From: Glycera tridactyla
Taxonomy: Eukaryota
Assembly (NCBI GenBank): GCA_965644265.1
Contig: OZ286463.1
Span: forward strand, 105,152,001 to 105,216,000
Direction of reading: 5' to 3'
DNA: 64,000 bases
In this document: piece after piece, positions 53,801-64,000 of the stretch
How positions within the stretch are numbered: the first letter of the stretch is position 1
How the letters are laid out: every line of letters starts with the position of its first letter
Position numbers and translations under genes: made by a program
The notes under the pieces: generated by a model
What the model was told of the DNA's origin: nothing
What the model saw: the letters and a program-made list of their open reading frames with translations, nothing else
Database searches by the model: none

Positions 53801-54956
53801 TATTGACTGCAAGGCTACATAAACTAAACTGGGTGAAACTGTGGGTGGAAGCCTCAGCAAAACCAAAGCTTCGAACATTCATGAAAATACATGATCCCAC
53901 TGATATAGGAACTCCGGTGGATGCAAATTTGTCAAGAATTGACAGAAGCAACTTGGTCAAGCTGAAAGCAGGAGTCCTTCCCTTAGCGGTGGAAACCGGG
54001 CGGTTTAAAGCCATACCCTTAGAGCAGAGAGTGTGTCAATGTTGTAACTGTGGTGAAATCGAAGATGAGGAACATTTTCTGTTGAAATGTACCGCACTAA
54101 CACCAGAGAGAGCTCTCATGCTGCAAGATCTTAAAAACATAGATAACACAATACGTCTAGATAGCATGGATGATGTTAGAATGGTTCTCAAGGCGGATAC
54201 AATTGAATATTTCAGCGAAGGCATCACAACCTTGTTGGAGAGGAGGAACAGGTGTATTTTTACCTGATCAGACTGTTGAACTATTATGAATGTAAATGTT
54301 AGTCTCATGGTAGCATACATCTTAATGTACTCAGGGGTATGTGGTGTACCAGAACTATTATTGACTGTATGCTGAAATAATAGCGAAAGCAAACTGCGAC
54401 ATCTAGCGGACATCTACCAAACCTGTAACTCGACACTACCACAGTGGTCCAGTCCCGTCAACCAACCCAAAGAACGGGTTCATACTCAAGCAGAAAGTAA
54501 TCCATACAGAAATATTATTTTAAGTAATTCACTATATGATACAATGGCAGTTTTGAATAATTAATATAGTTCATTGAAATGTGTAGTTTCATTCATTGCA
54601 TCTAGTATATGTTGTACATAATGTATATAGAAATGAATATTTTGTTTTCATTTACATGCGAATGCGAAATTTTTGTAATCAGGTAAACACCAATTAGTAA
54701 CGAAATTTAAACACTTACCTGCAAGTCAATCCCAAAAAATGTATTATTACTAGTATTATTAGTTGTTTGAATTAATAATACAGGTGGAACGAGTCTTGAA
54801 CATAGTTGATCATATTGTGACTAATAGCCTCTATATAGGGGCAGGGACGATGATGTGCGAAGGAGAAAGATGGTGCAGTGAATGTGATGTGTATGTTGAA
54901 TATATGTTCTTGTCACAGAAAAAAAATACTTTTCACTTTTCACTTTTCACTTTTTT

Positions 54957-54957
<1 letters not shown>
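50889..54957 (+). mobile_element. 5'-truncated non-LTR retrotransposon (RTEX-like; clade tentative)
   Basis: Starts inside the APE domain directly after (ACT)n; ORF2 runs to 54267; ~660-bp 3' UTR; A-rich stretch then (ACTTTTC)x3 + ACTTTTTTC tail at 54928-54957. Confidence 0.9.
50890..54267 (+). pseudogene. LINE ORF2 (partial APE + RT + C-terminal Cys/His zinc-finger-like motif) with three in-frame stops
   Basis: One frame throughout; stops at 51652, 52513 and 53719. Motifs GVYLPP, CGDLNAR, VVDYFIV, SDH, YRGISLL, QNGFR, FIDFSKAFD, QGDSLSP, YADD, LAVETGR and CQCCNCGEIEDEEHFLLKC. Confidence 0.95.
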
Positions 54958-55012
<55 letters not shown>

Positions 55013-55030
55013 TTACTACTACTACTACTA
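54958..55030. repeat. (ACT)n microsatellite; 3' flank of the second LINE
   Basis: Direct reading; one ATT interruption. Confidence 0.95.
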
Positions 55031-55556
55031 TCTCTACCACTACCTTCACATCTCTCATGATGAATCGTGACGATAGAGGCGATTGATGACGATGAAGATA
55101 CAACTGGTATTTCCTGCTGAATTGAATGAAAAGTCTCTTCAAACGTAATTACATTCCGTAAACAAGCCTGATAGTGCTTCAACGGGACAGTTGGTCAATA
55201 TTTGTGATCCTACCTCAAAAAGGATTAACCATCTGAATATCATATATTGAGTTGCAAAGATTGAATATTACGGGCATCAGCATGTCCGGATCAAGCTTGG
55301 TCAGAATTTGATATGTGAAGTCACTGTGCCGAATCTTATCCAATGTTAGCTTAATGTGCTGGTGATATCGGATCATATATTGAGTCGACCAGATGGGAGG
55401 GAGTTTGCTGTAGTTAATTGGTTACAGTAAATATGAGCTGTGCAATTTGGATCCAGGGATGGTGGAGTACCTGCTACTGATGACATCACAAGGAATCAGA
55501 GCTGAACAACAGATCGATAAGATCTTTCCCCTGGACTGTCATCCACCCTCTCTCAT

Positions 55557-55613
55557 CAGGATCATCTAACCCTTCATTCTGTATGCAGGACCATCTAACC
55601 CCTCATTCTGTAT
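55557..55613. repeat. 29-bp tandem duplication (CATCTAACCC[T/C]TCATTCTGTAT)
   Basis: Copies at 55563 and 55592. Confidence 0.85.
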
Positions 55614-55771
55614 TCGGTGTGTGTAGAAGACGACGAATTAGGCAGGCACTGAAAGATGAGTCTTTTTTTCAAAATCTACCGAATCCAATCCTTTCACAAA
55701 ATTAGGTATTGAGTTCTTAACAGATCGAGCTCGGATTTCGCAGCAGCATCTCCGACAACAATCGCGTCTTA

Positions 55772-56336
55772 NNNNNNNNNNNNNNNNNNNNNNNNNNNNN
55801 NNNNNNNNNNNNNNNNNNNNNNNNNNNNNNNNNNNNNNNNNNNNNNNNNNNNNNNNNNNNNNNNNNNNNNNNNNNNNNNNNNNNNNNNNNNNNNNNNNNN
55901 NNNNNNNNNNNNNNNNNNNNNNNNNNNNNNNNNNNNNNNNNNNNNNNNNNNNNNNNNNNNNNNNNNNNNNNNNNNNNNNNNNNNNNNNNNNNNNNNNNNN
56001 NNNNNNNNNNNNNNNNNNNNNNNNNNNNNNNNNNNNNNNNNNNNNNNNNNNNNNNNNNNNNNNNNNNNNNNNNNNNNNNNNNNNNNNNNNNNNNNNNNNN
56101 NNNNNNNNNNNNNNNNNNNNNNNNNNNNNNNNNNNNNNNNNNNNNNNNNNNNNNNNNNNNNNNNNNNNNNNNNNNNNNNNNNNNNNNNNNNNNNNNNNNN
56201 NNNNNNNNNNNNNNNNNNNNNNNNNNNNNNNNNNNNNNNNNNNNNNNNNNNNNNNNNNNNNNNNNNNNNNNNNNNNNNNNNNNNNNNNNNNNNNNNNNNN
56301 NNNNNNNNNNNNNNNNNNNNNNNNNNNNNNNNNNNN
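55772..56336. other. Assembly gap (N run)
   Basis: Continuous Ns. Confidence 0.99.
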
Positions 56337-56654
56337 TATTTCGTACAATCAACTAATCGTGAGTTCAAATCTCATTGCCGGAGATGTAAGTGTAGTCGCA
56401 TTTCAATCTTATTTAGAAATCAGATTTGGAACTCTCTTATTCATCAATCGTGTTCGAGAGCTGAATGATTGAGTGACCAATGCACGATCTCTCTGGTGAT
56501 CATATTTGTTCTGTATGTCTGCATGTTCCGGGTCTTGCTGTGATGTTGTAGGACAGGTTTCGTGTAGTGAAATAAGCATTACATTTACCTGTAGTATCGT
56601 AGAGTCTAGGATTGTGGTTCATGGTGTATTCTATACGACTATCTATCTCCGCCT

Positions 56655-56815
56655 CCATCCACCCATTTATCCACCCATCCATCCGTTCATCGATCCAGTT
56701 ATCCCTCCATCCGCTCATTCATCCGTCCATCCATCCGTCCATCCATCCCTCCATCCATCCATTCGACCATCCATCCATTCACCCATGCATTCATTCATCC
56801 ATCAATCCATACCCC
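56655..56815. repeat. (CATC)n microsatellite
   Basis: ccatccatcc runs. Confidence 0.9.
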
Positions 56816-59720
56816 AACCGTACCATCCCCGCGTATTTTTTCCTCATACATAAGGTCATCGCGAAAATGACAGAATGCACTTTAGGAGAAGCTTGACGCA
56901 GTGAACAAAAGACCAAAGTCAGTCAGCATGTTTCCAAAGGATATGAGGCTTCTCGGCTACTTCCTGTCCTGCAACATCAAGGAAACGGGCCATTGATTAG
57001 AATTGGCTTGCGCTGAAGTTCTCTTCCTCTGGAGCCTATTAATTTCTCGAGGAGACCAAGTCAGTTTCCGGATTCAACCAGGATTCGACTCTCTGCTGAC
57101 ACAGATTGAGTTTGCCGATGTTTCTTTCCAGATTGCTCTACCGGAGGAAACAGTGTAGTAGTTAATTCTATCTATTCTGGTGATTGGAAGGGCATTCACT
57201 CTGGGAGATTCACCCGGGATTGTTTGCATACATTCATCACGAAAGTCGATTGTTAACCGAGGATGCATTTGCTAATGATTGGTGCTTGCGAAAGGACTGC
57301 CAATATTTCAGCTAGAGATGCGCATGGCTTCTGATAGACATGGGTGAGATAATCCAAAACCTGTCTTCCTGGTTCCCTGTGAAAGATGAACATTCATGAG
57401 TTTCACATGCACTCAATGTGTCACAGAACTCGGTGTTCCCCCCTGTGAACATGGGCTTGTTCGTATCCCCAAAACGCATTTCATATTCGATCCCCATGAA
57501 ATCTAATTGTATAGAGAGAAGAGACAAATTGAAAGCTTGAGTTTGACTAGGCCTGCAAAGAAATGTAACGAAAAAAATGCTGAACGAGCAATATTTTGCC
57601 TCCAAATTGGTAGATTGGTAGTCGTAAACACTAGAAGAGGTCTATTGACCAAACGAAACAATACGTTATTCCGACCCCTTCTATATGTAAGACCCGAACA
57701 AAAGGTGGATGGATGTTTAGTCCTGTTACTCCATGGGATAATTAACATAAATATTGCATTGCAGACACAGAACACAATGCTATTCACATGACGTACACCT
57801 AGGCGCACAAGGAAACCTACTCTCACAACACCTATTTCTTGCTCATTTCATCCAGAAGATGCCGAGTTGATGCTTTCCTAAGAAGTATCCTTTGGCCCGC
57901 TGCCATTTCAAGCTCTCATCGCATGACTTTCCCGGAATTGATACTGAGAACCTTAGATCGAAATACAATCTGGTATAGCCATCAGTTTCATGGTTGGCAT
58001 GGTGACAGGACATTCAGCGCCTGTCAGCTCTGCTGGATCCAGCTAATTAGACTGTGTATCACTTTACACTGCATCGATCCCCCTCTCTCCCACTCTCACT
58101 CAGCATCTCGGGATTTTTCCATCTTTTTTCGCTCTCAGCACCTCCATGTCTCCCCCCTGCCCCCCCCCCCCCCCTGTCTGTCTGTCTGTCACTCTTCTCA
58201 TCTTCCCCTTCACTCTGTCTTTTCTATCAACCCCCTCGGCCTATTTATCTCGAGCAATTTTTTCCGCCACTCTGGCAGTCCACCAAGTTTTCTATGATGT
58301 CAAACTATGGCATCAAACTGTGGCGCTTCCGATATCGGGCGGGACTATTCGCTTAGCTATCCTCTTGAACTTCCTGCTGTCAACTTACTTGTGATGAGTC
58401 TGGTGGGTGTGTTTTTCTTGGGAAGGGGAGTGGTCTCCTCAACAAGCCATGGACGATGATAAGGGCATTGGGCACTGGTGGAATCATGCAGGTCTTCTTT
58501 TCCGGTGTCCCAGTTGATGGTGAAGTAATATGAGGATCATGTATACACGGGTGTGATAACGGTGAATATAATTCGTCTTATGGACAATCAGCAACTAGCA
58601 TTCTTGGGCCTCTTCTTGCAGCAGAAACGAACCAAGTATGATGCTGAATTCATACAATTTGGTATAAAAAGGCACTTTGTGATTGCTGTGAATATATAAC
58701 CAAGCCTCGTCTCCACAACATATCAAACATTGCTGGCGATATTTTTGTCGTCTTCCGCAATCTTGAGGCCATGAATGTGTGAAATATCTGTATAAATGGT
58801 TTTGGGGGACGTTATGGGTTCAGAAACTGAGATATAATACTGATTAATGCTTTCACAATTGATTTCACTACGCTTCCAGCCACCGAAGCGACAGTTTCTC
58901 ATCAGATATTCATTGTATATTGTATTGCATACATTGAAAGAAGTGGAAGCCAACTTCCCGGCATGCAGTTAAAATTCACACTTCACCAAGCCTTTCAAGC
59001 AGCAATTACCCTCACTGCAATCCACACAATAGGATAGCGCTGAGTTGGTAGAGGGTTGTGGATAGTGAACTATGTGTAGTTGCTGGTGGAGCTCACCCAG
59101 TTCTTGATCAATATCAATATATTGTCTAAAATTATATTGCAGCAGTCGTGTTTGACGCTTGGATAAAACGAGATGGGATTGACGAATTCCCAGATGAGTT
59201 GGTACGGTCCATGTGCGCGCGGACAGACTGACAGGAGCTTGTGTTCAATTCTGTTATATCAACAAGGGCTGTCACGTACGTCACGTATGGAAATTGGAAG
59301 TATATATATATGTAAATTGGTTTGATACATACATAGCATACGACGGGCGTATGTCTAGTATGGTTTCTACTGATCTAATTTGACAGGTGTATTTCTGATA
59401 TTGTTTCTACGGGCATGTTCCGCTTGCTTCTGTGCTGCTACATGTATATCAGTTGTTTGTTTCGAAATATCAGGTATAACATATATAACAACTCGTGATT
59501 CTTCACATAACCCCTTTGGTGTAAACGCCTAGTGAGAGAAAAAAAACGCATGCATGCGACATATAGAAACTTGAATGTGCAATGTTGGCAATGAGATTGT
59601 CTATTACACGAATGTTCAGAAAACGACGCTCTCCAATATTCGAAGTAGGGTGAGGTTACCACCCTTGGACGCCGGTCCACTTGGTTTTCATTCAGCTATG
59701 GGAGCGCTTGACTGAAGGTA

Positions 59721-59898
59721 CAGTCGAACCTGCTCTAAAGACCGTCTCTCTATAGAGGCCACCTCTCTATAAAGACCATCCTGTGCTGCGACCGTTCTAA
59801 TATTATCAACAGTGAATAACCTCTCTATAAAGACCACCTGCCTATAAAGACCACTTTTTGATGCGACCGAAGGCGGTCTTTACAAACAGTTTCGACTG
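59721..59898. mobile_element. 178-bp MITE, Tc1/mariner (pogo-like) type
   Basis: TA|CAGTCGAAC...TAAAGACC left end and GGTCTTTA...TTCGACTG|TA right end; TA on both flanks; internal CCTCTCTATAAAGACC repeats. Confidence 0.88.
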
Positions 59899-59900
59899 TA

Positions 59901-60110
59901 CAGTGAAATCTCGCACGTACTCGCTCGTCGGAAGTCCGATCGACTGGTCAAAGGCCAGTGTTTTCATGCAGAAGCATTGCTCTAATTCGCCGTGAACGGT
60001 AAGATTCGTCAGAGGCCATTTTAGAGGGGGAAAAATATTGTGGTGGACTAAAGTGGTCGTTCAAAAGAGGTGGTCGCTCGTCGGGAGTCGTTCGTGACAG
60101 GTTCCACGAG
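59901..60110. mobile_element. Second, more diverged Tc1/mariner-type MITE sharing the TA at 59899-59900
   Basis: Starts CAGTGAAATC directly after the TA; ends with GGTGGTCG repeats and CAGGTTCCACGAG-TA, a degenerate mirror of the left end. Confidence 0.55.
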
Positions 60111-63100
60111 TATATGGGAGTATGCACGCACGTATGTATGTGTGTGCGTGTCTGTAGAATGTATGGCTTCACTGGAATAACATGAGACAAAATGAGTTCT
60201 CACGGGGCACGACACCCAACCGGTTCAAACCAAACTTATGCAGAAAGAAATTAATCATTAATATACAAGTCATTAATGGCCGGCAAACTGCAGTAATGAG
60301 ATTGTTACATTCTGCTATGTTGGTCAGGCTGCTGTCCTGATTCAGGTCGTTGTTTACCAAGTCAGATATCGCTTATCGCTCGATTCACCTTACTTTACGT
60401 AATAATATGTACGTGATCTTCTTCCAGATGCCTGATGTATCGTAAAATTGGTCTGGGCGGATTTTTATGATGCTGATTTGGTGATAGCCTGACACCAGCA
60501 AGCACTATATTAATGATAGCATGAGGGTCACCACGTGGATATATCCGTTATTTCCGGTATCCTACATATGAAAGGAAGCTGCACCCCTGCCATAATCTTC
60601 GTATGGCTGCATTTCCGCCATTAGCGGCAGTGATGCAATGAAAGTCGGAAATGCCCGTCAATTTATTCCTCATTTCTGCCAATCTGGTCTATTCTTACGC
60701 AGGGTATAATGGCTTTAGGAACACGGGGCCGATTCACTACCATACCGAAATAGATCAGCATTGCCATCGAATTCCTGCGTCATGATACGTCCTGGTCCGA
60801 ATCAATGTGAGTGTAGTCTCTGTAGAAACATATAAATAATGAGATTATCATCAGATTGTCAAGAATGAAGCCCGAATATTGTGTGTTACGTCAAAGTTTG
60901 CGTCTACGTACACAATTACGTAAATATACCTTTCGAGGTCTGTCGTTCATGTACACAAGCTTTTATATCTGCATGAGACTACATTCCATGGTACATAATC
61001 GGAACTCACATATTAGATCAAATGGTGTAGTCGGGAATATACATGTTGTTTCATTTTGATCACCTCTCGTCATGTTTAGACCTTTGATTTTTCACCTCCT
61101 TTTGGTCGATGAGTCCATATACTTTTACATTTTCTCCTTCTAGTATAGGTGGAAATGATCCTTATATCGCCTTTCGACTAGCTTGATGAATGTTGTATAC
61201 ATTTATAGAATATTCCTATTTATGGGAAAGCGAATTGTGCCATCTAGTGTGTTATTAGAGGGACAGGGAAAGACACTCATCTTCAGCAATATGCATCAGT
61301 GGAGACTTGAGAACTAGCAGTGCCATTTACACATCCAATATGTGTCCCTCATATCACAAATACATCGATCATAGAAATACAACTGTAGTCTACTTAAGGC
61401 ACTCGTGTCCTCCCTCAATGGCCGAGACCTTGTCGACGCTAATACTGGCAGCCTGCACAGTTGCTCGCTTGTATAGAGTGCCCTGATTGTCCTCTTGGCT
61501 ATATTGAGATATTAGATCACGGATTCTATGTTACTGCATAGGGTGTTGGAACTTGCATTGGTCCATGCAGTGATTCGTAGTCTAGATGCTATGATAACAG
61601 AGAACATCACTGGGTTTTTTTTCAGTCGTATTTTCAGTCGGATTGTACACGATGAAAACTTATGACACCTTGATTGACTGACTGAATAACGTGTTGCTCG
61701 TAGAATTGGTGGATATTTGCAATGATTGGTAATCCAATTGATTCTTTGATTGATTGATTGATTGCTCGGTGAACTTTCATGCCATTGACGTCTCAGCAGG
61801 AGATGGACATTAATGAAAGTCGCAGGCGCTCATGTCACTTCGCGGAGAGTAAATATCAACACACAGACGCAGCCTGTGGGGTCTGCACGTAATAAACATT
61901 GATATGCTACTGCGCTATTATGTAGCAGGAAAAAGGTGGGCTTTCAGTGCGTACATGCCATCTAATAAACGCCTGTCAATCATGCCTGTCGGAAAACCGT
62001 ATATCAAGCAATAAATATACCATTGAGCACAGGCTGAACATTCTCACTCCTGGTTGAGTTATGCACTAGGGGACTTATTTACTGGTAGTGAGGACTGGAA
62101 GACTGTTCAGTCCTCCGAAGCACTGACATTATATAAATGTGATCGGGGTTTCTGTAGGAATGAGTGACCAATGCTCAGTGGGACCAGACTGAAATGTCAA
62201 TGACATGGACCGGTGCAGTATAGGCAGTTGTAATATGTAAAGTTCGAACATTTTTCTTTATTAGAAACTTTATCATGATTCGTCATGAACAATCGAACGA
62301 TGTAAGAGGGTTAATTTCAAGTATGGCGAGAGAACAATACAAAACAAGATGAATATGACTATATAGAGTGATACGAGATGATTGAGATGTGGTATGAAAT
62401 GAACATGGTATCGGATGGGATTGAAACTCTCGGACGGAATGTGTTGATATCTGCGGCGACTAGGGATGTGATCATTGTGAAGTTCACTTGTTGAGCCTAC
62501 CACATGTGTCAATATCTGTTGAAGATGGGCCATGAACTGAGAATGGTGACGAAAAAAGGCACCGCTGTCAGGGACAATCCTCTACTCTTTGCGAAATGTC
62601 GTCGTCCCACCGTCGTGACTTCTCATTGTCATGTTTTACCCCAGTACGCCTTATATGTCGATTTCATACTGTTTTGGTGCGGCGGCTGTATCGCCAGCTA
62701 TTGTTATGTCCACACGAGAATATGAGGAAACTCCAAGGCAACTGAATAGTGATTGCTTTCCCCTTTTTCCCGTCGGTAAACATCAGATCGGTCAGAAAAC
62801 ACACATCCAGATCCAATATCTTTCACCTGTGATGGAAGGATTGTGCGCAAATCAATCTCAACTGAGATTGGATTTGCACCTGGGTGGCTCAATTTATTCA
62901 CCTGTTCTCCTGTAAATCACGAGCTAAAAATAGTTATTGGTCAAATTACCCTCCCTAACATTAGATATGCCTGTTGGTGCTAGTAGGGTGGGCCTTGGCA
63001 TGGGCCCTGTCTACTTTGAGGTCATATAAGTTAGATGACAGCTTGAGGCAAAGAGAAAGAGTCATGATCTCAATGGTTGTGATGAGAAAAGTGAGAGCGA

Positions 63101-63577
63101 GATCTCCACTGGACCTAGTATTTATGCGCGGTTCATCTCGCCCATGCTGCCGGGAAATGAAACCCAGAACTAAATTAGTAGGTATCATAAGCTAACTGTA
63201 AAATCTAGTTGGGTATTTCAGTGAAATGGAGACGGTTACTTGGATGTTAACGGACTGACACACCTGTATCTCCAGCTGAAAAAACTGAACAGGTAGGAGG
63301 GAGCTAATCTGGCGGGAAGAATATCTGACACTGATAGGTCACGTAGTTGCTGACTGGTCATTGGCCAAGTTGAAGCGTCATGCAATAGACAAGATCAGGT
63401 TTCCCATATAATGTATTGAGCATCCGGGGATGGGGATCATCACATATCATCTGTTTCCGACACGAGAGACGAGCGACCGATCTGATGACACGACTTGAAA
63501 GTTGTTTGCTTGATTTTCGTCTCGTCAGCAAAACCACAGACGTAGTTCCAATAACAATTGGGGGCTGATGGTTTGAG

Positions 63578-63733
63578 ACCTCTCTATAAAGACCACCTCT
63601 CTGTGAAGGCTATTCAGAGCTGCGACGGTGGTATTATTCTCAGCAGTTGATGACCTCTACATAAAGACTGCTTCCTGGTAAAGGCCACTTTTATATGCGA
63701 CCGAAGGCGGTCTTCATACACAGGTTCTTGGTA
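63578..63733. mobile_element. Diverged, left-truncated relative of the 59721 MITE
   Basis: Exact 20-mer ATGCGACCGAAGGCGGTCTT at 63695 and 59861; co-linear CCTCTCTATAAAGACCA and GCTGCGAC motifs. Confidence 0.8.
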
Positions 63734-64000
63734 AAAAGTGAAGGTGGATAGATGAATTCAATTCATCATTTGACGTGACGTCATTTTGTTCGTAATTGGC
63801 AATAATGGACGCAACATTGCCTCCCGTAATTGGCTAGGATATGCATGTGATCAAGTACATTCGATCAGAGGTTCAAATGAATCATAATGACCAAGTCGTA
63901 CCTCGGCGATTAGAAGAAACATGACATTTTGACAGAAAACAAAACTAGAGGGAAAAACACATAGTCTACGTATGGATTGAATCGCACTCAGTCTAGATGC

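Noticed and set aside
50890-54267. APOBEC-type G-to-A hypermutation as the cause of the two Trp-to-stop changes
   Set aside because: Only two events; other apparent motif deviations (GVGQG, IPESS) do not point in the G-to-A direction
57070-57160. tRNA-derived SINE on the minus strand (GAGTCGAATCC, B-box-like)
   Set aside because: No convincing A box at the right spacing, no cloverleaf, no tail or TSD
58400-59150. Decayed GPCR-like segment on the minus strand (WLPLLSMYAIQY)
   Set aside because: One weak motif among multiple stops; no seven-helix pattern

Overview
Repeat-rich eukaryotic draft-assembly window with six N-gaps and many microsatellites. It is probably an invertebrate animal, inferred from the LINE clades present. 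No host protein-coding gene, RNA gene or CRISPR array can be supported. The main feature is a near full-length, ~8.6 kb CR1/L2-group (Crack-like) LINE on the + strand (~14850-23445) with an unusual three-ORF layout. It has a long decayed ORF1 (coiled-coil + L1-ORF1p-like RRM/CTD), a separate intact 325-aa SGNH/GDSL esterase ORF, and an APE-RT ORF2. ORF2 is broken by a 408-bp hairpin-bearing non-autonomous DNA element and by a small deletion. A second, 5'-truncated LINE (RTEX-like, 50889-54957) sits inside an (ACT)n microsatellite and ends in an (ACTTTTC)n tail. Also present: a decayed L2 fragment, a PIF/Harbinger-type MITE, three Tc1/mariner(pogo)-type MITEs and a homogeneous 43-bp x 37 tandem array. 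All family assignments come from recognising motifs by eye; no database search was run.
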